A DNA stretch of 64,000 nucleotides from Thermodesulfobacteriota bacterium (GTDB taxonomy: Bacteria > Desulfobacterota > WTBG01 > CAIYCZ01 > CAIRTM01). Within the stretch, counting starts at the first letter, position 1; each line of letters opens with the position of its first letter. Made by a program: the position numbers and the translations under genes. Where the stretch lies: positions 4,160-68,159 of the forward strand of contig JANQFE010000054.1 in assembly GCA_028278025.1 (NCBI GenBank), written 5' to 3'. Shown here piece after piece: positions 10,474 through 20,358 of this stretch. The notes under the pieces are model-generated. The model made no database searches, had not been told where the DNA came from, and saw nothing but the letters and a program-made list of their open reading frames with translations.

Positions 10474-12990
10474 TTATTTCTTCCGTGCTTGTTTATTCAT
10501 ACCATACACCCTGAATGGTTTCCATGCCAAAATTAATTTAGGCATCAGAGTCAAAACAGCAAACATTGCAAAAAATATGGCAATTCCGGTAAAGATACCA
10601 AAGTAAATGCTGGGTATAAAATTTGATAATACCAGTATTGAAAATCCGAATATAATAGTGATTGAAGCATTCAGGACCGCCTTGCCCACGTTCCGGTGGC
10701 AAATATCCAGAGTTTCAGGATAGCTGCCGTTATCATAAAACTCTTCCCTGAATCTATAGATATAATGAATGCTGTTATCAATGGCAATACCCATGGTAAT
10801 TGCTGCAATGGTAATGGTCATCATATCAAGGGGTATATTCATCAAGCCCATCATCCCGAGCACAATGCCCACCGCAAGTATATTCGGTATAATCCCGATG
10901 ACGGCAAGCAGCAGTGATCTGAACAAAACAAACAGCATGATTGCAATACCCAACATAACAATTCCCAGCGTTGCAATCTGGGACCGAAACAGACTTTGCA
11001 GCATGTTATTATACAAAACAAGCAGCCCGGAGACGGTAAATTCATCTTTTGCAAGGCCCAGCTTATGTTGAAGCTCGTGATCGATTCTCTCCAGCAGTTC
11101 TTTTCGACGCAAATCCGTCCGAGAGTCCAGAATGCGAAGGTTTATGCGTGCTTCATTATGCTCAAATGAAATATAGGGATCAACCATTTCAGACTTAATA
11201 TCTTCAGGTACTTTTTTATACAGCACTCCCAGCTCCAGGCTGTCGAAGCTTTTGCCTTCATTGAGTTCTTCAATGGTCCTGATAATTGAAGCAAGAGACA
11301 GGACTTTGCCCACTCCGGGCAAACGTTCAAGGTAATCATGGACCTGTTTGATCCTGTTAACCTTCCGCGGGGTAAACCAGTAATCTCGGGGGTCGTAATT
11401 ATCGACCCAGCCAAAATCATCCTCCTCTGAGAAATCATCTTCAGCGTCAGCATCCGTTTCGGCAGGCTCCTTCCCGAAATGAAGTATAATGTCAAGGGGT
11501 GTTGTGCCGCCCAGCTGTTCATCAATAAGCTTTAACCCTTTGTATATTTCAGTTTTTTCCCTGAAATAATTTATAAAACTATTTTCAACCTGCAGCTTGT
11601 AAATCCCTATAATACTTGCCGCAGCAAGCCCAACTGCGATAACAATAACTTTGCCGCCATGCACTTTTGCAAGCAAGGCCAGCCTGTCGGTAATAAACAA
11701 TTGCCGGTCCTGCCTGGTGTGAACGTGTGATTTTTTAAGCATCACAAGCACTGCCGGAAAAAGCAGGAAGGAAGTTAAAAACAGCACCGTTAATCCAATC
11801 GTCATCATCCAGCCAAAATCAATAACCGGCCTGATATCACTCAGAATCAGGGACATAAAACCAAGAATTGTTGTAAGCACCGTATACAGGCACGGTGATA
11901 CCATTTTCTTAACGGTGATAAACACAATCTCCTGCTGACTTTTATCGGGCATATCTCGGCAGAGCTGCCGGTAGCGAACAGCCAGATGTATATTGGTTTC
12001 CAGGGTGAGTATCAACATCAATGAAATGAAATTTGATGAAATAACCGTCACTTTCCAGTTTAAGATTCCCAGCAGCCCGATCATGAGCACCACGGAAAAA
12101 AAACAATTCAGCAGGGGGAGCACTACCCAGCGCACCTCACGAAAAATTATCGCAAGGGTGATCACGATAAACACGAAAACTCCGAAGCCGAACACTATCA
12201 GGTCATTCCTGATGAAGGTCAGCATGTCATCGGTAATCATGGGAACACCGCCCAGATGCACCCTGCCATACTGCTTGTAAGGAACAATGGTTGCTCTAAT
12301 GTCCTCAATATCCTGATGTCTTATTTCTTTTAAAGCGTTATTATACCTGTCATATTCAGCAAGAACCCGTTTCAGTTCAGTGTGCTCTTCACGCGTAAGT
12401 TCGCCGGATCGTTTTTTTGCATTGAGCCGATCTCTTTGCTCTATAAGTTTTGAAAAAAAAGGGTCGGTCTTCAGATAAATCAACAGGGCCGTGGTGCGCC
12501 CATCAGCACCTATAAACAAATCTTTATATATAGGGCTTTCCATAAATTCTTTTTTGGCGCGCTGCTTATCAACTGCCGGGTCTTGCAGTGTTTTTAAAGT
12601 CTGCGGACTGATTTCAGAAAGGGGAACACCGGACGATTTCAAAAGCGGCATATCAAGTACTGAAGAAACAGAATCAACCCGCTCCAGATTCGCCAGGTCG
12701 GTCTTTAGCTCTTTTAGATGGTTTAGAGATGCAGGAGAAAACAGATCACCATGAGGTGTAAACGTGACCATCAGCATTTCCTGCACTTCATAGCGCTGGC
12801 TCATTTCACGAAAAATTTTCAGATCTTTGTCGTCTTCCAGCATGAGGGAATCAGCAGAGGCATCAAGTTGAAACTTGTTTGTGTGGTATGCAAAAAAGCA
12901 AAGCAGAACTACAAGCACAATGAGAACTGCAAGGGGATGGCTTAAAACAGTTTTGTTATATGCTTTGGCAAGACTGACAAACATAGTCAC
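10474..12990 (-). CDS. MMPL/RND-superfamily exporter (HpnN-like)
   Basis: 838 aa with two 6-TM bundles and two periplasmic domains, the typical RND/MMPL architecture. Confidence 0.8.
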   Translation of the reverse strand: MTMFVSLAKAYNKTVLSHPLAVLIVLVVLLCFFAYHTNKFQLDASADSLMLEDDKDLKIFREMSQRYEVQEMLMVTFTPHGDLFSPASLNHLKELKTDLANLERVDSVSSVLDMPLLKSSGVPLSEISPQTLKTLQDPAVDKQRAKKEFMESPIYKDLFIGADGRTTALLIYLKTDPFFSKLIEQRDRLNAKKRSGELTREEHTELKRVLAEYDRYNNALKEIRHQDIEDIRATIVPYKQYGRVHLGGVPMITDDMLTFIRNDLIVFGFGVFVFIVITLAIIFREVRWVVLPLLNCFFSVVLMIGLLGILNWKVTVISSNFISLMLILTLETNIHLAVRYRQLCRDMPDKSQQEIVFITVKKMVSPCLYTVLTTILGFMSLILSDIRPVIDFGWMMTIGLTVLFLTSFLLFPAVLVMLKKSHVHTRQDRQLFITDRLALLAKVHGGKVIVIAVGLAAASIIGIYKLQVENSFINYFREKTEIYKGLKLIDEQLGGTTPLDIILHFGKEPAETDADAEDDFSEEDDFGWVDNYDPRDYWFTPRKVNRIKQVHDYLERLPGVGKVLSLASIIRTIEELNEGKSFDSLELGVLYKKVPEDIKSEMVDPYISFEHNEARINLRILDSRTDLRRKELLERIDHELQHKLGLAKDEFTVSGLLVLYNNMLQSLFRSQIATLGIVMLGIAIMLFVLFRSLLLAVIGIIPNILAVGIVLGMMGLMNIPLDMMTITIAAITMGIAIDNSIHYIYRFREEFYDNGSYPETLDICHRNVGKAVLNASITIIFGFSILVLSNFIPSIYFGIFTGIAIFFAMFAVLTLMPKLILAWKPFRVYGMNKQARKK

Positions 12991-13333
12991 CCGTTTTTGA
13001 CTCTGTACGTATCCAAAATTTCGGTAAGGGATAAGGCTTACGAGCAGGCCCGACGATGAATTCTGTCGGCCATTATGCTATATGCCTTTTGCCTGCATCC
13101 CCAAACAATATAAAAGGCGTGGGATGATGAAGCTTCCGGCCGCAGGGCAGTCTCCTACAGCACCCATATGTTTATAAAAACTATATAAAACAACCCGTCT
13201 GCAATTCAAGTATTATTTTTTTTATTAAATTTTTTACTTCATTAAAAAAATATGGTATAGGTTCATGCTATGGCTACCGGACAGCTGTTCAACCTTGCAG
13301 CATTAGTCCCACAACCTGAAAAAGGAAAAGTAC

Positions 13334-13966
13334 ATGTTAGTGTTAGGCATTCTGGGAAGTCCGAGGATCAACGGCAATTGCAGCAAGCTGCTCACCAAAG
13401 CGCTGGAAGGAGCCCGCAGCACAAGTGCCGAAACCAAAAGAATTGATCTGATAAGCAAGCATATTGAATTTTGCAGAGGATGCAGCACCTGTGTGTATGA
13501 AAACCATGAACTGCCGATTGGAAAATGTCCGCAACAAGACGATATGGAATCATTGTTGGAGGAATACGTGCAGGCCGACGGTTATATTTTTGCTACTCCG
13601 GTGTATGACGGCTTTGTTACCGCTTTAATGAAAATGTTTCTTGAAAGAAAAATTGCTCTTATGTACAGGGATCCTGGTGCATACGGGAAAATACCTGCTG
13701 TCCGGCGGCCGGCTGACTTTAAAAAATGTGCTTCCATGATCGTTACCGGTAATTGCAGTGATGAATACCGGGAGGTTATGGGTGATCCGTGTTTTGAAGG
13801 TATGGAAGCCCATTTAATGATTGAGCAGGTACTGACCATTGACAAATTCTATGTTGGTGGGGTGGAAAACATAACGCAGCAGGTATTTTCTGAAAAACTC
13901 GATGAAGCTTACCGCATGGGTGTACGGCTGGTAGAGGAAATCGGCAAGGCCCAGGCAGAAAATTAA
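13334..13966 (+). CDS. Iron-sulfur flavoprotein-like NAD(P)H-dependent FMN reductase (flavodoxin-like fold)
   Basis: N-terminal LGILGSPRINGN (FMN_red signature) and the compact Cys motif CRGCSTC…C, as in Isf proteins. Confidence 0.6.
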   Translation: MLVLGILGSPRINGNCSKLLTKALEGARSTSAETKRIDLISKHIEFCRGCSTCVYENHELPIGKCPQQDDMESLLEEYVQADGYIFATPVYDGFVTALMKMFLERKIALMYRDPGAYGKIPAVRRPADFKKCASMIVTGNCSDEYREVMGDPCFEGMEAHLMIEQVLTIDKFYVGGVENITQQVFSEKLDEAYRMGVRLVEEIGKAQAEN

Positions 13967-13968
13967 AA

Positions 13969-14664
13969 ATGGCACAGCTTGAAGACATTCACCTCATTAC
14001 ATATGAAAAATTAAAAACCCGGTTTAGTCTGCAGGAATCACCCTTACAGCACCCTTTTCCGCAGCGGCCTCTCAGAATGCTCGGCATTGTGAAAATAGAC
14101 GGCCGGGCCCTGCATTCAGTAAAATTTCTGCGCGTTCTTATTATGAAAACAACGTTCATGTCCCGCGGCGTCCGTTCAATATTCTTATGTCCGCAGGCAG
14201 AGCTCCACCAACCTGTTTTCAGTTGTGAAAGCATTTTTTTTGGAAAAAAACGCGTTTTTCTTGTTGACGTGCAGCAGGCGTTTCCTTACAGCAGCCATAA
14301 TAATGAAGAATTGTTCGATAAACTTATGTCTATCCGCGAAACCTATTCTGATCTTCTGCATGATACCATCAGACCTGAAGGTAAAATCATGGAGACATTT
14401 TCCAAGGCCTCCTGTTATGTAAAATTAAATGCTGATCAGGACAGCCGAGCACTTGCGCTCTACCATGAATACCTGGACTTCTACCTTGATGTAATCGAAA
14501 AAGCCCATCCTGTACCGGATGAAAGGCTGCCACAAGCCCGACAGGATTTGGATACCTTTGTTGACATAATGATTAACCATGATCCTGCTATGAAAATATT
14601 TGCAAAACTGTTCGGTAAAAAAGGCAGCCGTAAACGGGCCCTGGAACTATTTTATAATCGATAA
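13969..14664 (+). CDS. Hypothetical protein (start uncertain, possibly an internal Met)
   Basis: An ORF with no recognisable domain, sandwiched between the two Isf-like paralogues. Confidence 0.35.
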   Translation: MAQLEDIHLITYEKLKTRFSLQESPLQHPFPQRPLRMLGIVKIDGRALHSVKFLRVLIMKTTFMSRGVRSIFLCPQAELHQPVFSCESIFFGKKRVFLVDVQQAFPYSSHNNEELFDKLMSIRETYSDLLHDTIRPEGKIMETFSKASCYVKLNADQDSRALALYHEYLDFYLDVIEKAHPVPDERLPQARQDLDTFVDIMINHDPAMKIFAKLFGKKGSRKRALELFYNR

Positions 14665-14882
14665 GAAGTCCCCTGACCACCGTCTCTGACAAAACCCAGC
14701 CACTTGAAAATCATAATATTTATAAATCAAGTCCATTGTATTCATACTAAAAACTATTTTTTTTATTTTAGTATTGCAAAATATGTGTTATGCTAATTAA
14801 ATAGTCTATTAACCTCTACCGGTTCTGTAACTCATTTTGTCATTCTACAGATCAGTTCACCAGCTATGCAAAGGAGTAGTAC

Positions 14883-15521
14883 ATGAAAATTTTGGGTTTT
14901 TTGGGTAGTCCTCGACTGAAAGGTAAGTGCAGTAAATTACTGGATAAAGCACTTGAAGGTGCTGCAAGCAAGTCGGCTGAAATTAAAAAGTTTGAACTTA
15001 TAAAGTACAATATTCAATACTGCCGGGGATGCGGCAACTGCTATTTAAAGAAACCTGAACTTTCCATCGGCATATGCCCTTTAAAGGATGATATGGCCTT
15101 GATTCTTGAGGAATACACTCAGGCTGACGGTTATATATTTGCCAGCCCGGTATATGACATGTTTATAACTGCGTTGATGAAAACCTTTGTTGAGAGAATG
15201 ATAGCCCTTACCTACAAGCCTCCCAGCGATCATGCTAAAATACCCGATGCGCGTACCGGCATCGCCGCTAACTTTACAAAGATGGCTTCCATTATTATTA
15301 CCGGTAACTGTGCTGATGAGCTGCGAGAAGTTATGGGTGAGCCCTGTTTCGAATCCTTTGACGGACATTTGATGATACAGCAGGTCGACACCGTTGATAC
15401 ATTTTATGTTGGCGGACTTGAATATATGACCGACGAAATATTTGAAAAAAGACTGGATACAGCCTATCAGCTGGGGGTGCGATTAGTAGAAAAAATTGAA
15501 AAAGCCCGGCAACATCTTTAA
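14883..15521 (+). CDS. Iron-sulfur flavoprotein-like NAD(P)H-dependent FMN reductase, paralogue of 13334..13966
   Basis: Colinear similarity to 13334..13966 over the full length (LGFLGSPRLKGKCSKLLDKALEGA…CRGCGNC…EEYTQADGYIFASPVYD…). Confidence 0.6.
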   Translation: MKILGFLGSPRLKGKCSKLLDKALEGAASKSAEIKKFELIKYNIQYCRGCGNCYLKKPELSIGICPLKDDMALILEEYTQADGYIFASPVYDMFITALMKTFVERMIALTYKPPSDHAKIPDARTGIAANFTKMASIIITGNCADELREVMGEPCFESFDGHLMIQQVDTVDTFYVGGLEYMTDEIFEKRLDTAYQLGVRLVEKIEKARQHL

Positions 15522-15616
15522 TACGCCCGTCGGCAGGCTGCCGACTACCAGCCGACAGCATCTTCAGCAAGAACATCATCCGGTTGCTGATGATGGATTC
15601 TTACAGATAATACGAA

Positions 15617-15820
15617 TCAACTTTTCGTTTTTACTTTAACTGCCTGAAGCCCTTTTTTACCTTCTTCATAATCAAAGAAAACTGATTCGCCTTCCTTCAA
15701 AGCACGGAACCCTTGGTCTTCAATAGCGGTGTAGTGTACAAACACATCACCAAGCTCATCCGACTCGATAAAACCGAAACCTTTTTTTTCATTGAACCAC
15801 TTTACGCGTCCTTCTGTCAT
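15617..15820 (-). CDS. cspA: Cold-shock protein (CspA family)
   Basis: KWFNEKKGFGFI and VFVHY match the RNP1 and RNP2 motifs. Confidence 0.9.
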   Translation of the reverse strand: MTEGRVKWFNEKKGFGFIESDELGDVFVHYTAIEDQGFRALKEGESVFFDYEEGKKGLQAVKVKTKS

Positions 15821-15895
15821 GATAGTCCCCTTATCTTTATGTATTGTGCAGATAAGTTATTGTGAAAGTGTGTATAATAATTTTTTGGTTTTATG

Positions 15896-16984
15896 TCATG
15901 CATTTTGAGCAGAAACTGCAGATGCTGGAATTGTGACGAAAACTTCGGTTCCGGATCCCTTGATGCTCGATATATGAATATCACCGCCATGGAGTGCCAG
16001 GATATGCTTTACCATGGCAAGTCCCATGCCCGCACCCGACATTTTTGATGTGTAAAACGGGCGAACGATCTGAGACAACTCACTTTCCGAGATACCGATA
16101 CCTGAATCGGAAATGATTACATTAATTTTGTCTGCATGCGGTTGCACCGTAAGTGAAAGCACGCCTCCATTATCCATGGCTTCCACAGCATTCTCAATGA
16201 GATTGCAAAAAGTTTTTTTTAAATGCCCACTATCCCCATGTATTAGAGGTAACGCGGGGATAAAATTCTTTTGCACACTAATCTGTTTTGCTTTTATGGA
16301 TGACTGAAACTGCTGCAGGGCGCTTTCAAGCGCGTTGGTAATATCAACGTGTTCATCTAGGGAGACCACTATGGTTTTCAGCTTAATGATTTCATTAAGC
16401 ATTGTTTCAAGACGCTCAACTTCATGTGCGATGTGGTCGGCATACATTCTTAGATTGTCTTCAGCGGGAAGCCTTTCCCTTATTCTTCTGGCAAACCCCC
16501 CTATGGCCACGATAGGGTTGCGCACTTCATGCGCAACACTTTCAAGCATTTTTTCCAGTGCCTCCAGTTTCTCATCTTCAGACTTTTTCCGCTGATAAAG
16601 CCGTCGTTCAATCAACCCTTTTATACGCAGAGCAAATTCTTTTGCATTAAAAGGCTTGGTAATATAATCATCGGCTCCCTTTTCCAGGCCTGTGATTTTA
16701 TCCTCGACAAAGTCTTTTGATGTCAGCATTACAATGGGAATAAGGCGTGTATCTTCACTGCTTTTAAGTCTGCGGCATACTTCAAGACCATTAAGTTTGG
16801 GCATATTAACGTCAAGCACTATCAGGTCGGGGTTTGACTCAGATACTTTCCGGAGGGCTTCTTCTCCATCGTAGGCTTTTAAAATCTGATAGCCTGTTCC
16901 CTGCAGTATCTTTTCAATCAGGGATATAATGAAGAGTTCATCATCGACAACAAGAATTTTAGGTGTGCTTTGCACTATGTTCAC
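15896..16984 (-). CDS. Hybrid two-component protein: N-terminal receiver domain fused to HisKA-HATPase histidine kinase
   Basis: REC domain (VVDDE…DLIVLDVNMP…), H-box (AHEVRNPIVAI) and G-boxes (DSGIGI…GAGMGLA). Confidence 0.8.
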   Translation of the reverse strand: MNIVQSTPKILVVDDELFIISLIEKILQGTGYQILKAYDGEEALRKVSESNPDLIVLDVNMPKLNGLEVCRRLKSSEDTRLIPIVMLTSKDFVEDKITGLEKGADDYITKPFNAKEFALRIKGLIERRLYQRKKSEDEKLEALEKMLESVAHEVRNPIVAIGGFARRIRERLPAEDNLRMYADHIAHEVERLETMLNEIIKLKTIVVSLDEHVDITNALESALQQFQSSIKAKQISVQKNFIPALPLIHGDSGHLKKTFCNLIENAVEAMDNGGVLSLTVQPHADKINVIISDSGIGISESELSQIVRPFYTSKMSGAGMGLAMVKHILALHGGDIHISSIKGSGTEVFVTIPASAVSAQNA

Positions 16985-17240
16985 CTGTGGGAATACTGAT
17001 CCTCTAAAAATCTTACCAGGAAAAGCGGCCTAAAGATGTGCCGACAGGAAAAACTGGTGAGTGTAAAAGTTAAGCAAACAACCTTCATAAATGTTAATCC
17101 AGGCAACAGCATTGTACAGGAAAGCCTACCATCTTATGCCGGATAATTGCCAAAGATGTAAATGTCGCTTTTGTATACCTACAATGTATACTAATTGCTC
17201 CGCAATATCAAGCAGTAATGCATCTGGCTTGCGTAATTGT

Positions 17241-17426
17241 TTACTCTTTTCGGTTTTTCTTTTTAATTATAGCAGCGTTGGGACATACCCGCGCACAGGC
17301 TCCGCACTCGACACAGGTTTCCTGATTGATACTGTAATACCATTCGTATTCTTCGATAGAATCAGTTGGGCAAATTTCCCAGCAGGTTCCGCATATTATG
17401 CAATTTTCAGTTATATAATAGGCCAT
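17241..17426 (-). CDS. 2x[4Fe-4S] ferredoxin
   Basis: Two cysteine motifs, CIICGTCWEICP and CVECGACARVCP, in 61 aa. Confidence 0.8.
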   Translation of the reverse strand: MAYYITENCIICGTCWEICPTDSIEEYEWYYSINQETCVECGACARVCPNAAIIKKKNRKE

Positions 17427-17452
17427 GGGATTCTCTCCTTGTAAACGTACGG

Positions 17453-18139
17453 TTACATTACCTCTCCACTGGATATATTCTCAATGTTTTCAACAATGAG
17501 CGGTAAAAGATCATAATGAATAAAGCAGTACATCTCGCCCGGTTTAAGCTTCATAAGAAACCGGGAAGGCGGATCTCCCATATTAAAGGTCATAGTCTTG
17601 GTCCTGTACACAAGCGGCAGTGAATTAGCGCACCAGGCCGTTCCTGAAATGCCGTGTACCAGTTCGCCGGTCTTCCACGTATATACTTTGCACAAACGCA
17701 TAACCCGGTTTGCATCGGCAACAATCATTATCACATCAGGATTTTCAACATCCTCGAGTTTTCCAAGAATCAGATATTTATGATATTTAAAATGGTGGGG
17801 GATCTGCTGGTTCACCCTGCGCATCACCTCTCTGGAGGCATAGGCCTTCTGCGGACCTATGCTGGTTGCCATGCCGACATCAAAATCCTCTTTTGTCATT
17901 CGCCTGTTGCCAATCCCGGAATACACAGCACCACCGCATAGAACATTTTTATTATTAATATAAAACGGTTTGCGCCCCTCTTCCCACACCTCAGAGAACG
18001 TATAACATTCAAATGACATATCATCACCGTAGGGCTCTACACCTTCAGGGACTTCATCACAGAGTTTAATCGCAATAATATCCCGCTCATAGCCTTCTAT
18101 CTCTTTCAGTTTTTGTGCGTATTCTTTGTTTTTACTCAT
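17453..18139 (-). CDS. DUF169-family protein
   Basis: DUF169-like architecture. The start was moved from the track's 18223 to the ATG preceded by GGGAGG (MSKNKEY…). Confidence 0.55.
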   Translation of the reverse strand: MSKNKEYAQKLKEIEGYERDIIAIKLCDEVPEGVEPYGDDMSFECYTFSEVWEEGRKPFYINNKNVLCGGAVYSGIGNRRMTKEDFDVGMATSIGPQKAYASREVMRRVNQQIPHHFKYHKYLILGKLEDVENPDVIMIVADANRVMRLCKVYTWKTGELVHGISGTAWCANSLPLVYRTKTMTFNMGDPPSRFLMKLKPGEMYCFIHYDLLPLIVENIENISSGEVM

Positions 18140-18328
18140 TGGGGCCTCCCTGGTTTCGTGATTAGTAACTTGTAATTCGTGATGGGCAGGAGCACCTACC
18201 GGTGCAATTTTTTTCGCGGCCACAATCCGTTCCTGCTTCTTAATCCTTTAATTCTGAATCATTATTTACTCCTTTCGGCCTGCCTCTTAGCCATTCACTC
18301 TTATCCAGTTGCTCTTTTAATGCTTATT

Positions 18329-19303
18329 TCACATCTGATCAAGCATTTCATCAAGATTCATACCCATTTCTGCCATCTGTTCTTCCATTGACTTTCGTGA
18401 AACCTGCTCATAGCCCTTCTTGCGTGCAAATTCCTCCGAGTTGTTTACAACCATTTCCAGAATCCCCTCAGGCACTTTTTTTAAAATCTGCCCGGCTTCG
18501 TCATTCCACGGCATGCTGAAAGAAATCTCTCCTGTCTGATCAGGAGCCTGCTCTGCAGCCTGTGTTTTTGAATTCTTGCCCTTGTTCTGCCAGAATGGTG
18601 AATGGACCGGTTTGGTCATCTCGCGGGAACGTTTCACATCAACTCTAATATTCTGCAAAATTTTTTCCACATAGTCGGCAAATTCAATTGGAATAATAAC
18701 GAACAGCTGATCCTGTTTAATCCGGTTATGCATTCGGCCCCCAAAATCCCCGCCAACTACCATTACATTTCTAATGTGCCAGGGAACCGCAAAAATCTCT
18801 CCGCACAACGAAGTACCGAAGGTTCCGTAAGGTGGAATACCTTCCTGCGCAAGCCTGCAACCGCCGATCGTATTTGCATTGTGAGGGTTGCAGACAACGA
18901 CAATCCAGTCAACCTGGACACCATCAGGGACCTGATCAAGCGGTGCAGCACCAATTGCTTTTACCATACCGGCAGGCAAAACGGGTGTGCCTGATTTCAG
19001 GCGGGCAGCACCTTCTTCTGTGAAAAAATCACTTGTTTTTGACAGGTACTCGCCAGCCACAATCTCTTTCTTCCCAGGTGTAATACCTGCATGGTGCACA
19101 CCGACTAAACAGTCGTGATGTTCTGCATCAAAGTAGACCTTTTTACCTGCATCCATTGCATAGCGGACAATTGCACAAGGTGTGACCTGTATGGGCTCAA
19201 ATCCCGCCGGGATTGCACCGCGAAACAAACTTATAGCTACCGGATTTCCCCTTACCTTGCCTTTGTTTTTCAATATTTCTGCTAATGCCTTTAAGTCAGC
19301 CAC
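18329..19303 (-). CDS. DUF169-family protein with C-terminal PCP-reductase-like (PF08369-type) tail
   Basis: The N-terminal 250 aa parallel the neighbouring DUF169 protein. The C-terminus (PWNDEAGQILKKVPEGILEMV…ARKKGYEQVS…) resembles the protochlorophyllide-reductase 57-kDa C-terminal domain. Confidence 0.55.
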   Translation of the reverse strand: MADLKALAEILKNKGKVRGNPVAISLFRGAIPAGFEPIQVTPCAIVRYAMDAGKKVYFDAEHHDCLVGVHHAGITPGKKEIVAGEYLSKTSDFFTEEGAARLKSGTPVLPAGMVKAIGAAPLDQVPDGVQVDWIVVVCNPHNANTIGGCRLAQEGIPPYGTFGTSLCGEIFAVPWHIRNVMVVGGDFGGRMHNRIKQDQLFVIIPIEFADYVEKILQNIRVDVKRSREMTKPVHSPFWQNKGKNSKTQAAEQAPDQTGEISFSMPWNDEAGQILKKVPEGILEMVVNNSEEFARKKGYEQVSRKSMEEQMAEMGMNLDEMLDQM

Positions 19304-19425
19304 CGCGACCTCCTTTTGTGAAATTTATTTAATATCCTAAATATTAGCACAACAACTAATAAATATCAAGAAGCCCGATGCTAACGGCCTGGGGGTAGTG
19401 AGAAAATCTTGCTAAATGCGGAGAG

Positions 19426-20358
19426 TTACAATCCCTTGTAAAATTTTTTACCCTCATGACGTATTTCTTGAATCTTTCCTTCACAGAGCATGTTCAGGAT
19501 CCTTTTTTCAATCTCCGCCTCTGTGATACCAAGGGATTGTCTGATTTGTGCAATTGAGCACGGGCGTCTTTTTACAAGCTGTAAGATCCTTTGGCCGGTC
19601 TCTTCCAAGGAGTCGCTTATACTATGTTTATTAAACTCATCAATGAGTTCAGCGGGTTTCCCGAACAGTTTAAGAGCTAACCTGAACACTTCTGGTGAAG
19701 CCGGTTCAATACCGTGCAGAGCAGCAGGTCTTGAAACAGAATTAATCTGGATTTTGTCCGGCCTTATACTCTGAGCAACCGTTGCTATCCTCTCTAACTC
19801 TTGCCTGTTGTCATTAACTCCTTTAACAATCATGACCTCAAGCCAAAGACTGCCCTGAAACTCCTTTCGAAAAGTCTTTATGCCTTCAATAATCTTTGCA
19901 ACATCAAGCTCTGCATGCGGGCAGTTCAGGCGGTCAAACACCTTCGGTGTGACGGCATCCAGCGAGGGGACAACCAGATCAGCCCCCCTAAGGTCACGGC
20001 GAACATCCGGAAGATACAGCAGGGTCCCATTGGTTAACACTGCCACGGGAATAGAACTTATTTGTTTTATTTTTCTGAGAAGCACCCCCAGCGAAGTATT
20101 CAGTGTAGGTTCACCTGAACCGGAAAAGGTTATATAATCTATCTGTTCTCCCCGCGAGAGGGCCCTGACAAGATCGTCGAAGGCGTGATCCGGGTCTACC
20201 CACTGTTTTCTCTCAATGGTCTTTTCTATTGTAGGGCCTACCTGACAGTACACGCAATCAAGCGTACAGGTCTTGCGTGGTACTATATCGACTCCAAGGG
20301 AATACCCCAGTCTGCGCGATGGTACCGGACCAAAAACGTGTGTCATAACTTTTACCAA
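19426..20358 (-). CDS. Radical SAM protein (COG0731-like) with C-terminal winged-helix-like region
   Basis: GPVPSRRLGYSLGVDIVPRKTCTLDCVYCQ contains a CxxxCxxC radical-SAM motif. SGSGEPT matches the SAM-binding GGEP motif. Confidence 0.75.
   Translation of the reverse strand: MVKVMTHVFGPVPSRRLGYSLGVDIVPRKTCTLDCVYCQVGPTIEKTIERKQWVDPDHAFDDLVRALSRGEQIDYITFSGSGEPTLNTSLGVLLRKIKQISSIPVAVLTNGTLLYLPDVRRDLRGADLVVPSLDAVTPKVFDRLNCPHAELDVAKIIEGIKTFRKEFQGSLWLEVMIVKGVNDNRQELERIATVAQSIRPDKIQINSVSRPAALHGIEPASPEVFRLALKLFGKPAELIDEFNKHSISDSLEETGQRILQLVKRRPCSIAQIRQSLGITEAEIEKRILNMLCEGKIQEIRHEGKKFYKGL

Noticed and set aside
15522-15616. Inverted repeat GTCGGCAGGCTGCCGAC between the flavoprotein gene and cspA as a terminator
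   Set aside because: The stem is short with a minimal loop and no flanking T-tract on either strand. Evidence is insufficient.
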